Part shown: one piece after another, positions 55,448 through 64,000 of the stretch
Position numbering within the stretch: the first letter of the stretch is position 1
Layout: every line of letters begins with the position of its first letter
Sequence record: PP942979.1
Reading direction: 5' to 3' (one strand)
Length of the DNA: 64,000 nt
Made by a program: the position numbers and the translations under genes
Notes under the pieces: generated by a model
What the model was told of the DNA's origin: nothing
Database searches by the model: none
Seen by the model: the letters and a program-made list of their open reading frames with translations, nothing else

Positions 55448-57469
55448 ATGGCCAAAGCGCCTAAAGCTGCCAAAGTTAAAAAGCAAACGGGTGACGGTTC
55501 TCAAGAAGGCTTCGTAATTGCCGAAGGTCTTGATGGAATCCGAATGAACCCGGGAATGTACTTGGGTCAACGCGGTGCCGATATGGCTTATCGCGGAGTT
55601 AAAGAGCCTGTCGATAACGTTTATGACGAACACATCGCGGGACGTAACAAAGTTCTGGAAGTTGTGATTGACTACGACAACGACCTGAACGTAGTAGCCG
55701 ACATGGCGAAAGGTATTCCTACCGACTTCAAGAAACTGAAAGACGGTACGAAAGAAACGATCATGACCGCAGCGTTTAGCCGTGTTCACGCTGGTGGTAA
55801 GTTTAACGATCAGGCGTACAAGACTTCTGCTGGTACACACGGTGTTGGTGTTGCGGCACTGAACGCAGTGTCCAGCCAGTTACGCGTTTGGTCAATGTAC
55901 AAAGGCAGTTGCTCTTATCAGATGTGGCAGTGCGGTGTCGCCAAGTCAGGCAAAGACCCGAAGAAAGTCAAGTCTGTTGATAAAGACGTAATGAGCCTGC
56001 TGCGCGAAAAGAAAGCGAGCAAGTACGGTACGATTGTTGCGTGGACGCTCGACCAGACTGTTGTGTCTGCTGACGTTATGCGCGGGAAGAAGCTACCAAA
56101 GGGTTATCGTCACGCTGCACCAGACCCTGCTCAACTCGGTACATGGCTGCGCAATATGTCGCTGCTTAACCCAGGCTTCGAAGTACGCCTGACGCTTATC
56201 AAGAAAGGTAAGCGCAAAGAGTTCACGTTCCACAATAAGAAAGACCTAGCGCACGTTGTGAAGACGATGGTAGAAGAACGCGAGCTTGGCTCAGTCGGCA
56301 AGCCGTTTATCTTCAAGAACGACAACATCACCGCAGCGCTGACGTGGACAGATCATCCTGACACTGACAACTTCCTCAGTTTCGTTAACACCAGCCCGAC
56401 TGTTGATGGCGGCTGGCATGTAGTAGGCTTCCGTGATGCGTTGTTTGAAGCAATCAAGCCGTACATGAAAGAAACGAAAGGCAAGAAGAAGCAGAACTTC
56501 AAGCAGGAAGATTTGCTTATCGGCCTGACCGGTATGTTCGACTGGCGTATGCACGGTGCTCAGTATACCTCGCAGGTTAAAGACAAGCTGGCGAGCCGTG
56601 TCGAAAAAGAAGTATACGAGATGCTGAAAGAAGCGTTCGTGAAATACTTCAAGGACAATAAGAAAGTCGCAACGACGATCATCAAACGCGCCGAAGCGAT
56701 GAACAAGGGACGCGAAGAACTCAGTGCTGTCGTGAAGTCTATGGCGGACACGAAGAAGAAGTTGAAAGGCAACTCGCTTCCTGCTGACCTGATCTCTGCG
56801 CTCAAGTGTAAGCCACATGAGCGTGAGCTTATCGTTGTAGAAGGTGACTCTGCTGGAGGTACTGCGAAACACGCACGTAACCCTGACTATCAGGAAGTTA
56901 TGCTTGCTGGTGGTAAGCCGCTTAATGGCCTGAAAGCAAGTCTGGCTGATGTACTCAAGCACAAAGAAGTGCAGGGCATGTTAGTGTCTGTGGGCGCTGA
57001 CCTGAAATCGTTAGACCCGAAAGCAGAAGCGCCAAAGCTGAGTACAAAGAACCTGCGTATCGGCAACCTGCTGTTCTTGATGGATGCTGACCCTGACGGC
57101 TTCCACATCGCAACGTTGTTCCTAGGTGTTATCTATCGTCTGCTGCCTGACCTGATGAAAGAGGGTCGTGTGTGGATTGTCGATGCACCACTGTATAACG
57201 TGATGCACAAGGGCATTCACTATGGCGGCATGACGTTTGAAGAATGCCGAGCGAAAGCACCGTCTGCTGTAAAAGATAAAGAAATCGTTCGCGCCAAAGG
57301 ATGGGGTGAAGTAGAGCCAGAAGTTCTCGAAGCGATCTCATTCAATCCGAAGACTCGTCGCTTGATTCGCGTGAACCCGTTCACTAGCGTCGAGCAAGAG
57401 CGTTTCTTCCGCGGTGTGCTGGCAGAAGATGCAGTTCATCGCCGTCGTCTGTTGGGTCTGGAGGATTAA
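55448..57469 (+). CDS. gyrB: Type IIA DNA topoisomerase subunit B (GyrB/ParE-like)
   Basis: IRMNPGMYLG, EPVDNVYDE, DMAKGIP, HAGGKF and GTHGVGVAALNAVS (GHKL ATPase); EGDSAGG, GKPLN and DADPDG (Toprim). Confidence 0.93.
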   Translation: MAKAPKAAKVKKQTGDGSQEGFVIAEGLDGIRMNPGMYLGQRGADMAYRGVKEPVDNVYDEHIAGRNKVLEVVIDYDNDLNVVADMAKGIPTDFKKLKDGTKETIMTAAFSRVHAGGKFNDQAYKTSAGTHGVGVAALNAVSSQLRVWSMYKGSCSYQMWQCGVAKSGKDPKKVKSVDKDVMSLLREKKASKYGTIVAWTLDQTVVSADVMRGKKLPKGYRHAAPDPAQLGTWLRNMSLLNPGFEVRLTLIKKGKRKEFTFHNKKDLAHVVKTMVEERELGSVGKPFIFKNDNITAALTWTDHPDTDNFLSFVNTSPTVDGGWHVVGFRDALFEAIKPYMKETKGKKKQNFKQEDLLIGLTGMFDWRMHGAQYTSQVKDKLASRVEKEVYEMLKEAFVKYFKDNKKVATTIIKRAEAMNKGREELSAVVKSMADTKKKLKGNSLPADLISALKCKPHERELIVVEGDSAGGTAKHARNPDYQEVMLAGGKPLNGLKASLADVLKHKEVQGMLVSVGADLKSLDPKAEAPKLSTKNLRIGNLLFLMDADPDGFHIATLFLGVIYRLLPDLMKEGRVWIVDAPLYNVMHKGIHYGGMTFEECRAKAPSAVKDKEIVRAKGWGEVEPEVLEAISFNPKTRRLIRVNPFTSVEQERFFRGVLAEDAVHRRRLLGLED

Positions 57470-57470
57470 G

Positions 57471-57728
57471 ATGGACTTCAATATAGCTAATCTGTCTGAT
57501 GGTACTCAGATCCGTTTTCTGGACATGCCGTCTATTCAACATACGCCGATGACTGCCGATCAGCAGGCTGAATATGACAGACTGATTCCGAAGCTGCGTG
57601 AACTGTCAAAGGATTGTATTGTGTCTGCGCACACTGTAGTTGACGGCCAGCCGCATGAGCGTGTGCTGGTGCAGATGAGGCGAACTATTCTCGCTAAGAT
57701 TAACGCGATTGCCAAAGGGGAACAGTAA
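57471..57728 (+). CDS. Hypothetical protein (85 aa) between the topoisomerase subunit genes
   Basis: GGAGG RBS; TAATG coupling to gyrA. Confidence 0.7.
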   Translation: MDFNIANLSDGTQIRFLDMPSIQHTPMTADQQAEYDRLIPKLRELSKDCIVSAHTVVDGQPHERVLVQMRRTILAKINAIAKGEQ

Positions 57729-59383
57729 TGGCAGTTAAGCCGAAGAAAGTTAAAGTCGAAAAGAAATCGACTGCGGTAGCGAAGCCTGCAAAGGTTAAGT
57801 TGAAGTCGAAGTCGAAAGCTGTTGCTGTCGATGACCTGCCGAAAAAGAAAAAGAAGAAAGGCGAAGTAGTTGAGACGAGCACAGGTACTTCACTGTACCC
57901 GATGCTGGGTCAAGACGAGTCTCTCATTCGTGACGAGAACCTCGCCGACTACACACGACGCGCTCTCTTCCAGTACGGCTCATACGTTGTTGAAGACCGT
58001 GCTATCGCTGACTATCGTGACGGTCTCAAGCCTGTGCATCGTGCGCTACTCTGGTCGCTGTCTGACTTGGGCTTACGTCCAGGCGGTGCGTTCAAGAAAG
58101 CTGCACGTACTGTTGGTGATGCGTTAGGTAAGTATCACCCGCATGGTGACGCTGCTTGTTACGGTGCGATGGTAACGATTGCAAACACAGTGCCGCCTGC
58201 TGTAGCGGGTCAAGGTAACTGGGGTGACCCGGTAGCACCTGCCGCTGCGATGCGTTACACCGAAGCGAAAATGAGTAAGTTCGCGGGTAGCTTCTTGCTT
58301 GACCCTGACTATCTCGAAGTAACGCCGATGGTGGATAACTTCTCGAACGATATGAAGCTGCCACTGTATCTGCCTGCGCTGCTGCCGTACATGCTGTTCA
58401 ACGGTAGTGTGCCTGCGCCAGCATATGGCGTTAAGTGCGGTAACCCATCGTTCAGCTTTACGTCGGTTGCGAAAGTCGTGTGTGATATGCTTAACGGCAA
58501 AGAGTACACGGCTAAGAAGCTCGCTGAGACACTCAAAGTCAATCATGAGTATGGCTGTCTCGATGTAAGCTCCGACGAAGATTACCTCGCGCTGATGACG
58601 ACAGGCAAGGGTAAGGTCACATACGAACCGCAGATGAAGGTCGACGAGAAGACGAAGACCATCACGATTCAAACGTATGTGCCTGGCGGCATGTCGAACA
58701 ACGCAGCGATAACCAAGAAGCTGGAGAAGATTGCAGAGTGGTCTGGTGTTGTGTCTGCATCGAATGCCAGTTCGAAGAAGAACAAGGACGCAGGTCCATG
58801 GGGCGCAGCGTTTGCTATCAAGTGTCGCGGTAGCGAAGACCAGTTGTATGAGATTGCGACCAAGGTGCAGCGTGAAGTAACCTCGTCAATCAACTACGCG
58901 CTGGGTGTGACAGTTCGCCGTGCTGACGCATCGAACAAGTTTATGTACCTGTCGTATGTGAACTACTTCAAAGCGTGGGTTGCATATCGCGTCAAGCTGG
59001 AAGTGGCGATGCTCAAGAACAAGATGGCCAAAGCAGAGAAAGCCTTACATCTGCAACAGGTCTACTTGTGGGCAGTGGACAACATGGACAAGTTGCTCAA
59101 AGCGCTGCCTAAAGCGCTGGTGGCAAAAGACCCGGACGAGACGCTTGCGAAGCTGTGTAAGATTCCTCAGGAAGATGCGAAAATCATCCTCGATCGTCAG
59201 GTGCGTAAGCTGGCCAAACTGGAGCGCGCCGGGCTGGTGGCCAAGATTAAAGAAATCAAGGCCGAGATTGCCGAGTATAAAGCCGGTCTGAAAGAGCCGG
59301 GTAAATATGCAGCAAACGGTACAGCGGCTAAAGTTAAAGCGTATCTCAAGTCTCCCGACGACAAGATGCCTGTAAGTCTCTGA
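57728..59383 (+). CDS. gyrA: Type IIA DNA topoisomerase subunit A (GyrA/ParC-like), lacking the C-terminal pinwheel
   Basis: RAIADYRDGLKPVHR, KKAARTVGDALGKYHPHGD and AAAMRYTEAK (catalytic Tyr); 551 aa. Confidence 0.93.
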   Translation: MAVKPKKVKVEKKSTAVAKPAKVKLKSKSKAVAVDDLPKKKKKKGEVVETSTGTSLYPMLGQDESLIRDENLADYTRRALFQYGSYVVEDRAIADYRDGLKPVHRALLWSLSDLGLRPGGAFKKAARTVGDALGKYHPHGDAACYGAMVTIANTVPPAVAGQGNWGDPVAPAAAMRYTEAKMSKFAGSFLLDPDYLEVTPMVDNFSNDMKLPLYLPALLPYMLFNGSVPAPAYGVKCGNPSFSFTSVAKVVCDMLNGKEYTAKKLAETLKVNHEYGCLDVSSDEDYLALMTTGKGKVTYEPQMKVDEKTKTITIQTYVPGGMSNNAAITKKLEKIAEWSGVVSASNASSKKNKDAGPWGAAFAIKCRGSEDQLYEIATKVQREVTSSINYALGVTVRRADASNKFMYLSYVNYFKAWVAYRVKLEVAMLKNKMAKAEKALHLQQVYLWAVDNMDKLLKALPKALVAKDPDETLAKLCKIPQEDAKIILDRQVRKLAKLERAGLVAKIKEIKAEIAEYKAGLKEPGKYAANGTAAKVKAYLKSPDDKMPVSL

Positions 59384-59412
59384 TTAATCTGTAAATACAA
59401 CTCAGCATATTC

Positions 59413-59457
59413 TTGGATGAAACGCGGTTGTATCAGATTAATCTTATATGATATAAT
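59413..59457 (+). promoter_or_regulatory. Conserved phage promoter P12
   Basis: TTGGATGAAA box, TTGTAT -35, and TG-A-TATAAT 39 bp from the box. Confidence 0.75.
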
Positions 59458-59741
59458 GGTACTGTTGAGTAGCGCTACTTAGTGGGAAATAGGTGGTGCT
59501 ACTCGAAACAAAACAGGAGGGTAAGGTAGCGCAACACAAACCAATTCGGAAACTCAAGGGTAAAATAATCCGAGCCTAAAAGGCCAACTCTGGCGAGGTA
59601 TTCTCTGGGAGAGCCCCTCGACCTATACTATAATCGACCCATGAAAATACTAATATGCACAAGCAGCATTTGGTATTTCGAAGTGTCGCTAGGACTGGCA
59701 ACAATGGTCCTCAACTCTTAATGAAGTTTGGAAATCCATAG

Positions 59742-61016
59742 ATGAAAAATCAGGTAAGCAACCTCAAGGCTGGGTTAGAGCAAGTTAACACACTGTTGAC
59801 CACGCTCCGTTCAGGAACTAACTTGAAACGCCAGCACGTTGTTGATTCATTAGGTCAGCCTTCCTCAATTTTAGCTGATCTGACCAAGGCATTAAAGAGT
59901 AATACCTACAAATCGTACCCCGATGTACTGCAACTGCGTGACTCTGTACGCGCAACTTGCACCACCTGCCTCAGCCTGTCAGAACAAGTGGCCGCTAAAC
60001 GCATCAAGCCACGCGATCTGATGGAAAAGCTCGGTGAGATTGTGAAGTCGTTTCAAGCTGACGTGTCGTTAGCTAAGTCCTGTTTGGGTTATCTGCCGGA
60101 GTCTCGCAGAGTCGTAACGCTCGACGATGTGAAGATGAACGCGGACGGTAGCACCGATTTGGATTCATTCCAGAAAGTTGCGGAAGAGATCTACGAACAG
60201 GAGACGAACGACAAAGCTGTACGCCGTGAGCAACGCGAAGATGCTGCGACTGCTAAAACAAGTCGTGTGCTCAAGCGTCTCAAGGACACGTATGGCCACA
60301 AGGTCCCGAGAACGTTCAAACACGCTATTCAAATAGTCCAACTTCCTGTGATGGCTCGATTCGGCACACTCGCTATGAGTCCTGAATCGCTTTCTCGTAT
60401 GGGTTTCAAAATCGAAACTGCCGGTCTCCACTCAACCCCCAGCTCAGACTTAGGCATCATTTTTGAAAACCAGCTCCTGCTTTTCTTCCGCATGTCCGAC
60501 GCGAAGGGAATGGCAGAAGAAGCCGTGAAAGATCACAAGATGCTTGATGGTACTCTCGTAGAACGCAAACGCCTCCAGAAAGAACGCAACGCAGAACGCC
60601 GTGACCTCAAGAAGCTCAATCAGCTTCTGGATCAGGCAAAGTCTCTGAAAGCTCGTCGTGCGCTCCGTGAACAAATCGCGGAAGCTCAGGAAACGATTGA
60701 CGAGATCACTGCGAAGCTCGATGCGATGGACAGCAAAGTGCGTGAGAGTAATTCCAAAGAGCGCGTATACCGCCAGATGAAGACCTCTAGCGATCATGCG
60801 ATGTTAGACTATCTTAACCCCATTGTCGATATGCTCAACGAGAAGGGTAGTTCCACGCTCGGTCTGTTCACCACCATGCCGTTACGCGGTGTGATGAAGG
60901 ACAGCGATGTGCATTGTGCTTGGCTTATGGAGAAATCAGCTATCAACCTGTTGCTGCGCCACACTGGCGGTGACATGAAGTTGCAGAACTGGTTCCTGCC
61001 TTGGACTAATGGCTAA
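59742..61016 (+). CDS. Hypothetical coiled-coil protein (424 aa)
   Basis: Long ORF with helical, charged segments. Confidence 0.75.
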   Translation: MKNQVSNLKAGLEQVNTLLTTLRSGTNLKRQHVVDSLGQPSSILADLTKALKSNTYKSYPDVLQLRDSVRATCTTCLSLSEQVAAKRIKPRDLMEKLGEIVKSFQADVSLAKSCLGYLPESRRVVTLDDVKMNADGSTDLDSFQKVAEEIYEQETNDKAVRREQREDAATAKTSRVLKRLKDTYGHKVPRTFKHAIQIVQLPVMARFGTLAMSPESLSRMGFKIETAGLHSTPSSDLGIIFENQLLLFFRMSDAKGMAEEAVKDHKMLDGTLVERKRLQKERNAERRDLKKLNQLLDQAKSLKARRALREQIAEAQETIDEITAKLDAMDSKVRESNSKERVYRQMKTSSDHAMLDYLNPIVDMLNEKGSSTLGLFTTMPLRGVMKDSDVHCAWLMEKSAINLLLRHTGGDMKLQNWFLPWTNG

Positions 61017-61551
61017 CAACGATAACCGACTGCCGGCGGCAACGAAAGGTGACTTGTCCCAGTGTATCATTTGCTTGAAGTTTAGCAGATCGATTCACTA
61101 TCACCATACCGTGCCCCGCTCACTGGGAGGCGAGCTTTCGCTTCAAATCCCAATAGACGGTGACTGCCACACAACGCTTCACGCAAAAGCAGAAGCAGTG
61201 GTAGCGAAGTTAGCAGGTAACCGTAAGCAACCTATCGGTACGTTCTGGGATGACCCAGATGCGGAACGTAGGGCACAAACGTGGCTAGACATTCTGGTAG
61301 ATGCTATGATTAACCCACCGGTTCAGCCTGGACAGAAAGAAGTCCTGCTGCCGATGATTAAGGTTGACATGGAAACCAGACATGCTCTCGAACTCTTAAA
61401 GCGCGACACGCCTGGCATTACTAATATGAGCCAAGTGTTGCGTCTCTGCATTGAGACAACATTAAAATCAAAGGGGTTAAAAAATGGCGAATCAAAAAGT
61501 ACGCACTCTGGACATCAAAGCACTCGTAAAAAGCGAACTGACCTGTGGTGA
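61009..61551 (+). CDS. HNH-like nuclease domain protein with a possible C-terminal RHH
   Basis: CIIC..HYHHTVPRSLGG....IDGDCHTTLH; C-terminal IKVDMETRHALELLK...NMSQVLRLCIE. Confidence 0.6.
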   Translation: MANNDNRLPAATKGDLSQCIICLKFSRSIHYHHTVPRSLGGELSLQIPIDGDCHTTLHAKAEAVVAKLAGNRKQPIGTFWDDPDAERRAQTWLDILVDAMINPPVQPGQKEVLLPMIKVDMETRHALELLKRDTPGITNMSQVLRLCIETTLKSKGLKNGESKSTHSGHQSTRKKRTDLW

Positions 61552-62353
61552 TTGCCGTGGTCTGACGCGCGATGCTCTGTTACCGACTGCTGAAAAGCCG
61601 TGTGCTACACAAGGTCAGTTAGCTGATTCTAAGATCTGCAAACACTATCGTTCAGACAGTCAATCACTGACTGAACTGATGACCGAGCACGGCGATACGC
61701 TGGTGGCTCTTTTCAATACGTTCCGTAAATTCTCTGACAAAGACCTGCGCGTTGTTGCTGGCATGTTGCTGTCTGAGTCTAAAACACGTCGTCATGGCGT
61801 GAAGATGGGACAAGCTGTATTTGTGCGTTACCAAGGTCGTGAGACTCGCAACTACCTGAACAACTTCATGGCAGCGCGTGTGCTCGACGTAGACGACGAT
61901 TCGATTCGCCTTATTTCCGAGAAAGGTGACATTGTGTTGACGTATGCGAACAACGGCTTTAACGGTCCGTCCGTATATACGAAGAAGCAATTTGCTAAGT
62001 TGCGCACTGAGATGATCAAAGCTGGTAAGCTGATCGACCCTGAGCGCGAGATCAAAACTGCGAAGCGTAATCTTCCGCAAGAAGATAACGTTAACTTCTC
62101 TGCACCAAGTTCACTTGATGGCTTCACTGTTCCGCTGATGGAAGATGTGACTAAAGGTCGTGGTGGTAAGCGTAAGGGCCGTAAGACTCAAACGCTGGTG
62201 GACATTGTGTCTATGATTGAGAACGGTCATGACATGGGCGCAGAGCAAGACGAGTCTGGTGTAATGAGCCTCGGCGGTAACTCCTACAAGTCGAAACAGA
62301 AGAAGAAGATTCGTGTCGGTAAGAACGGCGCTATCGAACTCGGCGACCTGTAA
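61484..62353 (+). CDS. Hypothetical protein with an N-terminal CGDC...C...CKHY metal-binding motif
   Basis: AAGGGG RBS; 289 aa. Confidence 0.75.
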   Translation: MANQKVRTLDIKALVKSELTCGDCRGLTRDALLPTAEKPCATQGQLADSKICKHYRSDSQSLTELMTEHGDTLVALFNTFRKFSDKDLRVVAGMLLSESKTRRHGVKMGQAVFVRYQGRETRNYLNNFMAARVLDVDDDSIRLISEKGDIVLTYANNGFNGPSVYTKKQFAKLRTEMIKAGKLIDPEREIKTAKRNLPQEDNVNFSAPSSLDGFTVPLMEDVTKGRGGKRKGRKTQTLVDIVSMIENGHDMGAEQDESGVMSLGGNSYKSKQKKKIRVGKNGAIELGDL

Positions 62354-62409
62354 TTAAGATCTAGCACCAAGCAATAACTTCAAACTATACGAACAGGATC
62401 TCGGAAAAC

Positions 62410-63549
62410 ATGATCACAGAAGAATTAGGTCTTAATGCTTATCTGGCACAGCGTCTGGGAATTGAGGAAACCTCAGAAGCGTTCCAACGAGTATACGCTG
62501 CGACAATTCGGTATATCGGCAGCGGGTATAAATCTATTGCGGGTTATCACCGCGACTTGCAGGCAGCAATCGACTTTAAGCAGTACGAGTTTACTGCACC
62601 GGACTTGCGTATTGAGCTATCTTCTATTTGTCGTTTCACGTTGAAGATGCGTTTCTTTGTGTTGGCTGTTTGTCTGCACAAGAACCCGAAAGAAACAGTT
62701 TTGAAGTACGCTGCGTATGGACTGTCTAAGCGCGAAGCCGTGTTAGCATGGAACTTAGTGCTGAAAGACGAAACGAAGCGTACACAGATTCGTCGTTGTG
62801 CGAAAGCGCGGGCGAAGTCCAAAGGTGGTCTGGATATCACTATGGTCAGTAGCAATGAATTGCGCCTTCGTCTCGATCAGTCGGCCAGCCTGTTCGGTGA
62901 GATTCACCGCAGTGCGAAGCGTCTGGTCAGAAAGAAATTGCAGTGGGTGTCAGTTAGCCATAACATTCCTATCGCAGACCTTACTTGCGATATTATGTGC
63001 AAGGTATTACTGTCGTACTATCAGTCTCTGCCAAATCGTTTTAGCGAGGGCCACCAGCTTAACTATCTTCGTGCATCACTGACGAACCGCATTAACAACA
63101 TGAACAACTACTACGGTGCTGAGAAGCGCAAGCGTATGAAGAAAGTTGGCGAAGACAAGTATGAGATCGTAGTCATGTCTGATAATCAGATGTGGCACAA
63201 TCCAGAAGACGACTCGTCCAACTCATACGAAGATATGTTGGGTGAGGGTGCTCGCGTACACACCGAGCAGATGGAGAATACTCTGACCATCAATCGTCTG
63301 CTGGAAGATTCAGAGGGAACGAAACGCCACAAACTGTATCAGACAGTGCTTGGCCGGGATTGCGCCGAGTTCACTGACTATCTACGTGAGAACGGGATGC
63401 TCAAACAGACCATGACGTGCGCCACACAATGGCTCATGGCTAAGCCCACAAAGTTCATACGCAAGACGCTGGCCAAGTGGTTAGACGTTAGCGTTGATGC
63501 GGTGTCGGGTGGTCTGGAAACATTACGTGGTTCATTACAGGTAGCATGA
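62410..63549 (+). CDS. Putative RNA polymerase sigma-factor-like protein
   Basis: Region 2-like IADLTCDIMCKVLLSY...F...NYLRASLTNRINN..EKRKR; C-terminal region 4-like HTH KTLAKWLDVSVDAVSGGL. The ORF is secure; the function is inferred. Confidence 0.5.
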   Translation: MITEELGLNAYLAQRLGIEETSEAFQRVYAATIRYIGSGYKSIAGYHRDLQAAIDFKQYEFTAPDLRIELSSICRFTLKMRFFVLAVCLHKNPKETVLKYAAYGLSKREAVLAWNLVLKDETKRTQIRRCAKARAKSKGGLDITMVSSNELRLRLDQSASLFGEIHRSAKRLVRKKLQWVSVSHNIPIADLTCDIMCKVLLSYYQSLPNRFSEGHQLNYLRASLTNRINNMNNYYGAEKRKRMKKVGEDKYEIVVMSDNQMWHNPEDDSSNSYEDMLGEGARVHTEQMENTLTINRLLEDSEGTKRHKLYQTVLGRDCAEFTDYLRENGMLKQTMTCATQWLMAKPTKFIRKTLAKWLDVSVDAVSGGLETLRGSLQVA

Positions 63550-63938
63550 GAGGTCACCATATAGTTATGCAAGCAGCAATCATTAACACTGACGTAGAGC
63601 GTTGTGCTCTCGCCCTGTTCACTCGCCCGCAGCTGGACGAGGACTATAAGCGTACCGTGTTGTATCTCGTGTATAAGACTGTAAATCGTAATGGCATGAT
63701 GCAAGTTAATCGTCTGGTGTTCGAACTGACCCAGAAGTATGGACTGAACAAAGAGGACGTGAAGTCTGCTATCGGCGCGCTCAAAGCTCCGTCGGCATTC
63801 AACTCGCTTTCAGTGTTCGTGCCTCGTGCAGATTTGAAGGCTAACCGTGTATGTCGAGTGAACTCGAATGCAGCCATTGAAAACTGGATTGCAGAAGTAG
63901 AGACGACTCGGCCTCATATCACTCGCTTGTTGCAGTAG
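63546..63938 (+). CDS. Hypothetical protein (130 aa)
   Basis: ATGA coupling. Confidence 0.7.
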   Translation: MRGHHIVMQAAIINTDVERCALALFTRPQLDEDYKRTVLYLVYKTVNRNGMMQVNRLVFELTQKYGLNKEDVKSAIGALKAPSAFNSLSVFVPRADLKANRVCRVNSNAAIENWIAEVETTRPHITRLLQ

Positions 63939-63946
63939 GGGCGTAA

Positions 63947-64000
63947 ATGGAAATGTTTTCGCTTGGCCTGGAAGTTCGGGCCATTCGAACAGTAACGAAC
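63947..64000 (+). CDS. Partial ORF running off the window end
   Basis: AGGGG RBS, ATG 63947, open to the end. Confidence 0.45.
   Translation, partial: MEMFSLGLEVRAIRTVTN

Noticed and set aside
55448-59383. Interpreting the window as bacterial chromosome because of recA/gyrB/gyrA/dut
   Set aside because: These genes are highly divergent and embedded among about 80 co-oriented orphan ORFs with phage-type promoters. There are no housekeeping operons, which fits a jumbo phage.

Overview
This window is a 64-kb segment of a large lytic dsDNA (jumbo) phage genome of about 50% GC. Every credible gene (about 95) lies on the + strand; the long minus-strand ORFs are shadows of these genes. The gene content resembles Enterobacterales jumbo myoviruses of the Erwinia/Dickeya type (inference, not searched). 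Layout: (1) the 3' part of a RecA-like recombinase interrupted by a 343-aa intein; (2) a tailspike-like beta-helix protein; (3) an accessory block of about 32 kb of small ORFs including a Tpt1/KptA RNA 2'-phosphotransferase, a radical SAM enzyme, a TraR/YbiI zinc finger, a UvsE UV endonuclease, dUTPase, an SLT lytic transglycosylase, an HD hydrolase and XRE/RHH regulators; (4) a cluster at 43-54.4 kb of extremely acidic and extremely Lys/Ala-rich low-complexity proteins that share small folded modules and include a histone-H1-like protein; (5) GyrB-like and GyrA-like type IIA topoisomerase subunits, an HNH protein and a sigma-factor-like gene. Non-coding structure is rich. There are 12 copies of a promoter with a conserved CTGG(A/T)CAAAA box 39-40 bp before the -10 hexamer, usually followed by a 5' hairpin, plus a second recurrent motif CTGTAAAY, many intrinsic terminators with a shared TTTTCATTTCTG tail, and several candidate structured RNAs. 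The best candidate for an undescribed system is the acidic/basic protein cluster beside the topoisomerase, possibly a phage nucleoid-packaging or condensate module. No tRNA, rRNA or CRISPR array was seen. All family assignments rest on motif recognition by eye.
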